DNA of 64,000 bases from a virus. Lineage: Duplodnaviria > Caudoviricetes. The notes under the pieces are model-generated. The model ran no database searches. It was not told the DNA's origin and worked only from the letters and a program-made list of their open reading frames with translations. The stretch lies in IMG/VR virus record IMGVR_UViG_3300033075_001000, positions 2,948 to 66,947 of that record; one strand, written 5' to 3'. Position numbers and translations under genes: made by a program. This document shows, one piece after another, positions 36,401-43,364 of the stretch. Position 1 is the stretch's first letter. Each line of letters opens with the position of its first letter.

Positions 36401-39400
36401 TCGGGGTTCATCCCGATTGCCGCGAGCTCCTTCTTGATGTCCTCGACGAGACGCCAGTTCTCCGTCACCCAGACGGCTCGCTTCCGCCCCTGGCGCCAGT
36501 TGTCGGCGATGACTCCGGCGATGATGCGTGCCTTGCCGACGCCGGTGCCGTCTCCGACGAGGAACCCACGGCGCTCCCCGCTGGGAAGGATCTGTTGGTG
36601 GGCGTTCCCGGAGAGGGCGATCGCTTCGAACTGCGCGTCCGAGATGTCGCCGCGCTCCATGGCCCCCTCGGAGATCCACGGTGAGTAATCGACTGGAGGG
36701 TACTTGACGGCCGACATGGCGGCCGACTCGACGAGCTTGGCCGGATGGGGCTTCAGCCCCTTGATCTTGATGCTGGGGGTGTACCGTTCGAAGACCGCCG
36801 TAGAGAGCTCTTCGCTCTCACCCGTACCGGCGGTCTGTTCGACCTTCAGGTCTCGGGCGTCTGGTCCAGCCCCTGGCTCAACGTCGAGGACAGGCGGTCG
36901 TAGTACACCTCCAGCAGGTTTGCCGCGACTTCCGCCGGGCTCTGGCTGTGCAGCCACTCCGGGTCGAGCTTCGGGTGCTCCAGCTCGAGGTCCGGTTCGT
37001 CGTCCGGGTGCACCAGCCACTTCCACGCCCGGCCGTGCTTCGCTCCCAGGAGCGTGTTCAGGAACTGCCCCGCCTCTTCCCGTACTTCCCTGTTCCCCGG
37101 GGGCGTTACCTCGCCCTGTCTCCGGGCCCACTGCATCAGTTGGAGTGCGTACAGGAACTCCGGGTCGGGCTGCGCTACCTGGCCGAGCTTCTCTTTCGCT
37201 AGCTGGTTGAGGGGCGTTTCGTTCTCCGGAACGATCTCTTTCGCCACCGGGCACCTCCGTCTCTATTTTCACTCGTTCCGGGAGTGTCGGCGCGAAATCT
37301 TCGAGCTGCTTCAGTGTCTGGCACTTCCGCTCCCGGATCCCGCCGACGTCCTGGGGCTTCTTCACCTTGTCCCAGATCAGGACCCGGGTCGGGAACGACG
37401 TCCCGTACTTGGCGTAGATCTTCTGGGCCCCCGTCATGTCGAAGTTGGCGACGAGGACTCCCCCGATCGCCTTCATCTCGTCGAAGACGGCCCGGTACTT
37501 CGGGGCAAGCGGGCTCATCCCTGCTCCGACGATCGCCACGAGTCGGCCGCCGTCGCGCAGGGTCCGGAACGCTGCGGTGATGTGCTTGCCGGCCGTCAGG
37601 ATCGCCTTCTTGTCGAGCCCCGCCGATGCCGAGAAGGGGGGGTTCATCAGTACGACGGTCGGCTGGCGATCGCCGCTCAGTTCCTTGGCGAGTGCGGAGT
37701 TGATGATGCCGGCGTCGACCGAGAAGGTCTCGCTCAGGCCGACGCCCATGTGCTGGATCAGCTCGGCCCGGTTCTCCTCGAGCTCGTTACCGAAGAGCTC
37801 CCGCGGCTCGTAGACGTGTGCCGCTGCGGACAGAGAGCCGAGGCCTACCGACGGCTCGAGGACGACGTCGTCCTTCGTGATACCGGCGAGCTTGGCTACC
37901 ACGGCCGCGTAGTCCGCAGGCGTCGAGAACTGCTGGAACTTGTCTGTGGCGACGTCCCGGACGGTCTTCGTCGGGAGGTCATGGATCAGTTCGCGCAGAC
38001 TCTCCCGATTACCCATGAAACGCTTGTCGGTCGCCGCGAGATAGTTGATCGCCAGCTCGATCGCGTCGTAGAGGCGGCTGATCGAGTAGTCCTTCGTGAC
38101 CTCTAGGCCCGTCTTCGCCTTCAGGACGTCGGCGAGGTCCTTCGCCGTCGACCACATCGCCGCCGCCTTGCGGATCCTCTCTCCCGGCGCCATCGGACCG
38201 GTGTGGTAGGTCCCCGGTGGGGCCTGGAGCTCGACGATGGCGTCCCGAAGGGTGCGAAGCATCACCGCCCCGGGGGGCAGATCTGCCTCTACGTCTCGTT
38301 CGGGTCCAGGTCCTGGTTCACCTTCTGGCTCGAGCCCGAGGCCGGGCTGTCGCTGGTCGCCCGGTGCCGTTTCGGCTTCAGGCTCTTCATCGCCGCCGCC
38401 CACTCCTTCGGGTGGAACACCGGGGACAGTATCCTCGCCCTCACCTTGCGCCCGAACCACTTCGGTCCATGGCTGCTGGGATGAGCGGCCCGCGGTCTTG
38501 AGTTTGGAGAGGACGGTGGTCGCATCGTTTCCCTCGAATATCTTAATCGGAATGCCCTGGAACGTGTGGATCTTCCCGTCTTCTGTCTGGATCTCCAGGA
38601 AGGCGTCCTCGAAGGCCTCGTTCACGAGGCCCTTGGCCTCTTCGAGCTCCATGAGCGCCAGTTGGCCTGGCCGCTTGAAGGCGATAACGAACTCGTCTCC
38701 GCCGATATTGAAACCGCTACCCCCGACCGTGATGGCGCACTTTTTCACGATGTCGGCGGCGGCCTGGATCGCCGCATCGCCCGCATCCATGCCGTAGGTG
38801 TCGTTGAACCACTTGAACGCCTTCAGGTCGAGCGCGACGAAGCGCTCGTAAGTCTTCTCCCGGCGGACCTTCTCGAAGGAGTCCTTGTTCCAGAGCCCGG
38901 TGAAGTGCGTATCTGCCCGGCGAGTCTCGGCCTCGGCCCTCTCGCCGAGGAGGTCGACGAGCTCCTCGAGCTCTTCTTTCGAGGCCCGCTTGTCCTTCTT
39001 CTTCTGGAGGAGCTTCTCGATCCGGGCCGTCGTGTCCGGATGCTCCCGGCGCTCCCGCGGGCCTTCCGTGGGCTCCGCCCGGCGCTCGGGGCCGGCGTAC
39101 CGCTCTCCGTCCTCCTCGGTTTCGGTGTCTGCGCCCAGCTCGAGCTGGCCCTCGTCCGACTTGGGACGAGCTCGGTACTGCCCTCGCTCCCGCTTCCCCA
39201 CGATCTCGTCAAGGTCCGCCAGCTCCTCGTCGGTGGCCGTACCCTCTCTCTCTTTCTCGAGTAGACCGTTGACGTGAGCGGTTGTGCTGTCGTCCCACCT
39301 ACGCTCCTCGCCCTCGTAGGCGGGGGCGGAGACCTCGGGAGCCTCGACTGGCGGCCCGAACTCGTGCTCCTTCGGGGGCATGTGTGTGTTCTGAGTCTCC

Positions 39401-42075
39401 GGGGCGACCGAGATCTTGGTCTTGTGGACGTTGCGCTCGACGCCGTTCGGGAGCTTCACCCTGAACTTGCCCTCGGAGTCCCCGTGAGACTGGACCTCGA
39501 CGGGCTGATCGCCGACGAAGGCCGGGAACGGTACGGTCAGGTAGCGGTTCTCGCTGGCCTTCTCGAGCGGGATCCTCTGCGCGGGCGTGGCGGCAGGGGC
39601 TTTGCCCTTCTTCTCGACCGTGATCGTCCCGGGGTCCTCGTCGAGGCTCAGCGCGGCATCCGGGTAGGAGTCCCACCGAACGGCTTCACCGTCCTCGGTG
39701 ACTTCCCCTCCAACCTTCTTCAGGTGGCTGTAGACCCTCGTCCCCGGGGGGACGCTGGCCTTGCCGTCACGCACCGTAATGATCTGCTGCCCGGATGCCT
39801 TTGCGACGCTTCGCGCCGCAGCCACGTCTTCAGCGATACGCCTATCGTCCGCTTCCCTCTCAGCCTGCCACTTCTTCTCTTCTCGCGCCTTCCTCTGCCT
39901 GTCGAGGATCGCCTTGTCCGTGTTGTCACCGACAACCGTCCACCGCTGATCGAGCGGGAAAGTCTTCCCGGTGAGTGTCGTGACCCCACCGGAAGCTCCC
40001 GTGACGCGGACGCGGAATCCTCCCTTCGATCCGACAACCTCGCCGGTGAGCTGAGAATCTCCGAGCGGGCCTCCCTGGGGGAGATAGACCTTATCCCCGG
40101 CCCTCGGTTTGACGCGCCCGTCCGGATGAAACGCCCGGTCCGTGCCGAATGTCGCCTTGCGGTGAGCACGGAGCCCCGCTGGGGTAACGTCCGTTGGGTC
40201 AGCGGGAGGTGGTTCCTCCGGCTGGACCGGCTCCTCGTCCTCCCGCGGCTCCGGGCCCACGTCCTCCGGCGGCCGGATGGTCTCTCCCTCGGGCTGCTCC
40301 GGCTCGGGCGGCTCCTGCTGCTCGGGGGCGGCCTCGTCCTCGCCCTCGATGAAGTCCGGCTCCTGGACCTCCGCCTCCGCCACTTCCTGGACGGGCTCGG
40401 GCTCGGGTGGCTTCGGACGAGACGTGACGATGACGTCGGCTACCGGCAACGTCCCGGTGATGCCGCTCGGGAACTTGATGGGCACACGGTGCTCGTCCGG
40501 GTCGTCCGGGTCCCCGATCGGCGGGCCGGTCACGATGAAAGGCTTCCCGAACTTGCTCGTGGCCTCGATCGGGTAGACCGTCTTCCCCTTGCCCTGGGCG
40601 AGGATCTTGTCGAGCGGCGTCCGGATCGCCTCCTGCGCGAGGACTGCCTCGCCCGGGGGGACCTCGGGGGGAGGTGTCGTCCCGGGAGGTTCGATCTCGA
40701 GGACCTGGGTCGGCTTGCCCACGAGCTCTGGGGCCGTCGCGACCGGTGCGGGGGCCGGTTCAGGGGCCCCGACGGGGCCTGGAGTCGTCCGTGGCTCGAC
40801 CGGAGGCATGGCAGGGGGGGGCGCCGCCTGGGGCGGCATGGCTGGGCCTGGGCCAGCCACAGGGCCTCCTGGCGGCGCCGGCGGAGCTCCACCGGGCCCA
40901 ACGGGAGACCCGGCCGGAGCAACCGGCGGCTCTTGAACGGGAGGCGCTCCAGCCCCAGCCCTGGCTTCGTTCTGGGCGAGAAGCTCTGCCACAACCGGCT
41001 GCGTGGCCGCCCTGTTCGCCCGATCCGCTATCCCGGCCTTGATGTCGCCGATGGCTTTCGTTCCGGCTACCTTGGTGCCTGCGACCGCACCGACCAAGCC
41101 GAGGAGTGCTGCCGTGGCCTCTGGCCCAGACTGCTTCTTCGCCCTCTCGAAATCTCCCTCGAGAAGGTCGGCTACCGCCTCTGGTCCGGCCTTGCTCGCG
41201 AAGTCCCAGAGCATCTTCAGGCCGAACCCGGTACCGACGATTGCGGCTCCGATCGGACCCGTAGCCGCAACAGCGGCGGCGCCCAGACCGGCCGGGGACG
41301 TTGCACCCTCCACGAGGTTGGCCCCAGTCCTCGCCACGAACCCGCCGACATCGGCCGCCGCTGGCCCTCCGGGGATGTTCTTCATCAGCGGTTCGGCAAC
41401 ACCGAGCGCCGCTTCGACCGGCTTCCGGATGGGGAGCGCCGATTCCCCGCGGGCGAGCCGGTTGTAGAAGCTCTGCTCCTCCTGCTGCGCCGCATACGCT
41501 GCGGGGCGTCCGGCTACGAGAGCATCGAGCGCGGTCTCGTACCGCGGTTCTGCTGCCTTGTCTGCCGCGGACGATGCGAGGAACTTCGAACCGGCCTGGG
41601 GCGTAGGAGAAACGGGGCCCTGCGGGGGGGGAGTCGGCTTCGCAGCGCTCTTGTCGAGCGTATCTGCGGGCTGTCCGAGCGCCGAGCTGACCTGCCGAAG
41701 GGCGATCGCCTTGCTGGCGGCCTTCCGCCCCGGCATGTCCTCTCTGCCGACGTCTACCGATTCGGGTGCGGCCCCGGCTGGCATGGCCGGCGGGACTGGC
41801 GCTGCACCGAGCATCGACTGTGTGAAGTCGCTCGCCACGTCGCCCTGCATGACGTCGGATTCGTACCCGACAGGCTTGCCCTCGTATCCGGACTTCTTTC
41901 CGGGGGCCGGGCTGAAGCCTTTCCGCTCTCGCTCCCCTACGACGATCTGGCCCTTGGTCTTGTTCTCGTACCGGGCCTTGATGTCCTTGACCTTGGCGTC
42001 GAGGTCATCCCAGTTGTCCGCGTCGACGTTGAAGACGACCTTCGTTCCGGGGACCTGATACTTGAGATTCGGCAT
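30454..42075 (-). CDS. 3873-aa polyvalent (DarB-like, probably virion-injected) protein: GGDEF + adenine MTase + Strawberry-notch SF2 helicase + HExxH
   Basis: GGDEF at 38689-38703; FSTP...LEPSVGLG...NPPF; GDGTGVGK...DESH...QGLGRTHRSNQ; HEIGH at 32620-32634; last large gene of the virion module. Confidence 0.9.
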   Translation of the reverse strand: MPNLKYQVPGTKVVFNVDADNWDDLDAKVKDIKARYENKTKGQIVVGERERKGFSPAPGKKSGYEGKPVGYESDVMQGDVASDFTQSMLGAAPVPPAMPAGAAPESVDVGREDMPGRKAASKAIALRQVSSALGQPADTLDKSAAKPTPPPQGPVSPTPQAGSKFLASSAADKAAEPRYETALDALVAGRPAAYAAQQEEQSFYNRLARGESALPIRKPVEAALGVAEPLMKNIPGGPAAADVGGFVARTGANLVEGATSPAGLGAAAVAATGPIGAAIVGTGFGLKMLWDFASKAGPEAVADLLEGDFERAKKQSGPEATAALLGLVGAVAGTKVAGTKAIGDIKAGIADRANRAATQPVVAELLAQNEARAGAGAPPVQEPPVAPAGSPVGPGGAPPAPPGGPVAGPGPAMPPQAAPPPAMPPVEPRTTPGPVGAPEPAPAPVATAPELVGKPTQVLEIEPPGTTPPPEVPPGEAVLAQEAIRTPLDKILAQGKGKTVYPIEATSKFGKPFIVTGPPIGDPDDPDEHRVPIKFPSGITGTLPVADVIVTSRPKPPEPEPVQEVAEAEVQEPDFIEGEDEAAPEQQEPPEPEQPEGETIRPPEDVGPEPREDEEPVQPEEPPPADPTDVTPAGLRAHRKATFGTDRAFHPDGRVKPRAGDKVYLPQGGPLGDSQLTGEVVGSKGGFRVRVTGASGGVTTLTGKTFPLDQRWTVVGDNTDKAILDRQRKAREEKKWQAEREADDRRIAEDVAAARSVAKASGQQIITVRDGKASVPPGTRVYSHLKKVGGEVTEDGEAVRWDSYPDAALSLDEDPGTITVEKKGKAPAATPAQRIPLEKASENRYLTVPFPAFVGDQPVEVQSHGDSEGKFRVKLPNGVERNVHKTKISVAPETQNTHMPPKEHEFGPPVEAPEVSAPAYEGEERRWDDSTTAHVNGLLEKEREGTATDEELADLDEIVGKRERGQYRARPKSDEGQLELGADTETEEDGERYAGPERRAEPTEGPRERREHPDTTARIEKLLQKKKDKRASKEELEELVDLLGERAEAETRRADTHFTGLWNKDSFEKVRREKTYERFVALDLKAFKWFNDTYGMDAGDAAIQAAADIVKKCAITVGGSGFNIGGDEFVIAFKRPGQLALMELEEAKGLVNEAFEDAFLEIQTEDGKIHTFQGIPIKIFEGNDATTVLSKLKTAGRSSQQPWTEVVRAQGEGEDTVPGVPPEGVGGGDEEPEAETAPGDQRQPGLGLEPEGEPGPGPERDVEADLPPGAVMLRTLRDAIVELQAPPGTYHTGPMAPGERIRKAAAMWSTAKDLADVLKAKTGLEVTKDYSISRLYDAIELAINYLAATDKRFMGNRESLRELIHDLPTKTVRDVATDKFQQFSTPADYAAVVAKLAGITKDDVVLEPSVGLGSLSAAAHVYEPRELFGNELEENRAELIQHMGVGLSETFSVDAGIINSALAKELSGDRQPTVVLMNPPFSASAGLDKKAILTAGKHITAAFRTLRDGGRLVAIVGAGMSPLAPKYRAVFDEMKAIGGVLVANFDMTGAQKIYAKYGTSFPTRVLIWDKVKKPQDVGGIRERKCQTLKQLEDFAPTLPERVKIETEVPGGERDRSGERNAPQPASEREARPGSAARPGVPVRTPTDAVGPETGRGNAPGEQGSTGRGGAVPEHAPGSEARPGVEVAGAPGRRTGPRAGAPEARPGVAAQPEPGGSRGKPAGGVLRPPVLDVEPGAGPDARDLKVEQTAGTGESEELSTAVFERYTPSIKIKGLKPHPAKLVESAAMSAVKYPPVDYSPWISEGAMERGDISDAQFEAIALSGNAHQQILPSGERRGFLVGDGTGVGKARIIAGVIADNWRQGRKRAVWVTENWRLVEDIKKELAAIGMNPDNVMRLDKVASDGSVPKKDGILVVTYTTLAAESSGKKKKKKGDQPAETEAASQVKKVARIDQIKEWLGADFEGVIAYDESHNMANAIATSKGGRKKEPSKRALAGIGLARSLPKSRVVYASATAATEVSNLAYADRLGLWGEETAFPDKGKFVTSVASGGIAAMELVAQGMKAAGVYCARTLSFEGVEVQRLQHDLTDSQKEMWDKLASAWRLVSSKIDDALGLTAKDHANRISKWAKLNAYNQFWSTNQRFWNMVLTSIQMPTVLVDMERQLKEGHAVVVQLTLTGKAQLDRAKKEMEEEDDLESLDLTPRRSLMEYVEKSFPVHQMVEKTDEDGNVKMVYATDSKGDYIENPDAVAMREALLTELGQLPVPDGALDQLINHFGPDKVAEVTGRNARLVRGPDGKLREEKRGSTANASEAADFMADRKKILVFSEAGGTGASYHSSRNAKNQRRRYHYLLQPGWRADKAIQGLGRTHRSNQENAPVDILVSTEVPGHKRFVSTIARRMAQSGALTKGQRSAAGQGMFTESDNLESPLAAQALSALFGLVRGGELEGMSREDFQEATGLDITSTLDMPEMTQFLNRVLSMPLEGQKIVFDKLSSLLGHLIDVARQAGTLELGVEDIRADEVKEVRRSVVNIDKRSHAETVYYELISKKKREPLRFPGARGIERYVKNKASGRIHALYDNRTTTTDKQGTVHMKLLAQTPFGQAWEPVEDFYSWGGQIDGKRFDEVDLEKAMALWDEQSKLVPKFHESPLHIVSGALLPVWNRLGAGTPRIRRVKITDGGRILGRLIDAAELDEVLTNLGVGQSSREITPTEVIEKVLNGKWRAKLANGWWLRRSLITGVERIEIDDNDQKAAQKLWDARLQVEKMGVLVERHSYTSRYLFPADEALEPVLARFMSTYPVVSLVPPAGKAGLASRGGSTRDAGDFAAGRRLIEKGPKPKKERPDPLPKVKEHPIRETFSELFSDMRNAFAPQTATLEATLAGDSMRETTARREHRLLQAHTMLKAAKIELDRKSESEVVTFLDKIERGDPQETPVLNEAAELVREILDEARDAIRNLGTGRLKHFFEDYFPHLWADTKKAEDWSATFTKQRNWEGSKTFLKKRHIEFIVDGLKPESEGGPGLKLKHPNPIDAVLDHLHNVYKYVACHQWLAEGRRHGYVKAFSVETMPSPPPGWERLDPRVGTIYGPGNIKLDEVVDQKLWDGATKILADLGAKHYRLPGTGRTHGVAYPTRGIILTRFASPLGLLWHEIGHLLDQKYDLWDELMKGAPGIEDELKRMAEDRIKTEDKISKSRKKYVMSRPELVANLLDGYVTNKEHYRKIAPKAFERLEAFLKKNDETAPILDLKPTITRKTITTKQDLHGLLVKGYWAAPKPVARIVNRALSPGLGHKKSYRGVRWVFNLLNQAQLGLSGFHWMFTVLDSLTSRGAVGIYQLAQGDVRQGLKNMAFGLSPHTPIQNVYRGHQIMQEALAGSASIPEVEWVITAGGRFKQESLYMTKAGEALGRALRQKSVLGVFGNLLPAFFEKTGAWLMEWWVPRMKLGVFAMLARYEVERLGPDVDPYVLRHALARAWDAVDDRMGQMVYDNLFWNRTAKDVAMLAVRSLGWNTGDIRHLGGAVTDLFTVGRRVGKPPAGGPPRGGKGGEGGPEEPPAPRYDLRDPVMTHRMAYGLYLAWGMGVIGAMTYYMLHKKAPKELNDLYAVPTGAKNTDGTDERFMYATYVKDVLAWSTHPLTTITHKLHPVLGDIYYIGRNADFWNIQIHDPKDPFFQQRLDDAKFLMREFLPFSVRQMIEGAPNPNTKLPAWAPMIGVTRAPSYVTGTPLTEAMKKYSAEHMPQGAKTREQGDRSKFLAQADDRLRGAKTPAEREAILSEVRQKEDEGELHPKDTKKVEKAGGMTSLQAAYSRSMPIEIALDFWDLASRSEREEIKPILHEKAYGKRASDGSSRPALWRKTRSGKDVEKIEARLKAIFGNE

Positions 42076-42099
42076 TTCGTTCTCCGCTGCCCCAGCGCC

Positions 42100-43362
42100 T
42101 CAGTCGTAGTCTAGAACCGTAACGTCTTCGTCCTCCGCTGCTGCGGCCGGCGCTCCGCCGCCGCCCCGCTGCGCTCGCGACGCCCGGCGAGCGTTCTTCT
42201 CGGCCTCGACTTCCTCTTCGAACTTTTTCCTCTGAACCTGCGGGTCCAGCTTCAAGAACTTCTCGTCCTTGTTGAGCCGTGTCAACACTGTCTTGCGGGC
42301 CAGGTCGTCGAGGGCGACCTCCGGATCCTTCGTGCTCGTGCGGCCCGGAGAAGCCGCCCGCGGCTGTCCGCTCGCTACTTTCGAGACCGTGCCGCCCTCG
42401 TCCTTGTAGACGTCGGTGTTGGCGGGCACGTTGAAGTACCGCGCCCTAACTGCCTCGCCGCCATGGATGGGCGCCATGTTCTCTGGCCCCGTCGGTCCGA
42501 TCATCCCGGCTTGCGGGCCGATCTCAGCCGGTGCCCCGGGGGCCGGCACATCCTGCCGCTCCCAGGTGCCGTCCTGGCGTTGCTTGTAACCGTGCCCGGT
42601 CTGCTTGTCCCAGGTGATGCCTTCGTTCAGGTATCTCCTCTTCGCAGCTTCGTCGAGCCCTTCGGCGACGACCGTTGACGTCCCGTCGTTGAAGATGGCG
42701 TAGAGGCGTTTCTTCCCGTCTGGTCCGTTGAGTGCCTGATGCCCTATCGCCCGTGGCGTCTCGCGCCGCGCGAGCTCCTCAGAGGCGGTCTGCCTGCGCC
42801 ACCGCATCTCCAGGTCTCGCGCGGTGTCCTCTCGCCGGCGATTCCACTGGTCGGTTGACTCCAGGCTGTACCACTTGTGCTTTTTCCCTGGGCCGAACTC
42901 CTCGTCATACGCCTTCTGCTGCTTCTCGAGGTCAGGGTCACCCAGAAACTTCGACCCCTTCTTGTAGTCCGCCGCCGGCGAATCCGGGCCCGGCGGCTTT
43001 TCCGGCTTGCTGCCCTTGTCGGTGCTGGCCTGAACCGACTCCGGCGTGACGCGGTCCTCGTCGGGGTCTTCCGTCCCCCACTGTGCCGCGTCCATCCGCT
43101 TGAGGACCTTGTCGCGGGTGTCGCCGCCGACTGCCGCCACGACGGACCCCGGCAGCTTCTCCTCGGTCTGCTCCGACTCGAGGAACTCGTTCCCGCGCCC
43201 CGTCCTCTGCTGCATGTGGCTGGCATTGGTGTTCAGGAGGATCGTCGGGTCCTGGCCGCCCTTGGTCAGGTCACGATAGTCCTCCTGCTCGAACTGCTCG
43301 TACTCGGCATTCGGGTCGTAGTCATCGTCCTCGCTCAGGAAACGACGCCTCGTGCTGAACAT
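42100..43362 (-). CDS. Putative internal virion / ejection protein
   Basis: Highly charged and low-complexity; between the tail genes and the polyvalent gene. Call rests on position only. Confidence 0.5.
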   Translation of the reverse strand: MFSTRRRFLSEDDDYDPNAEYEQFEQEDYRDLTKGGQDPTILLNTNASHMQQRTGRGNEFLESEQTEEKLPGSVVAAVGGDTRDKVLKRMDAAQWGTEDPDEDRVTPESVQASTDKGSKPEKPPGPDSPAADYKKGSKFLGDPDLEKQQKAYDEEFGPGKKHKWYSLESTDQWNRRREDTARDLEMRWRRQTASEELARRETPRAIGHQALNGPDGKKRLYAIFNDGTSTVVAEGLDEAAKRRYLNEGITWDKQTGHGYKQRQDGTWERQDVPAPGAPAEIGPQAGMIGPTGPENMAPIHGGEAVRARYFNVPANTDVYKDEGGTVSKVASGQPRAASPGRTSTKDPEVALDDLARKTVLTRLNKDEKFLKLDPQVQRKKFEEEVEAEKNARRASRAQRGGGGAPAAAAEDEDVTVLDYD

Positions 43363-43364
43363 GG

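Noticed and set aside
27986-42114. Long + strand ORFs (27986-30073, 30580-33042, 33160-34776, 35068-36684, 39274-42114)
   Set aside because: They are antisense shadows of rsr and the polyvalent gene, expected at high GC, and carry no motifs.
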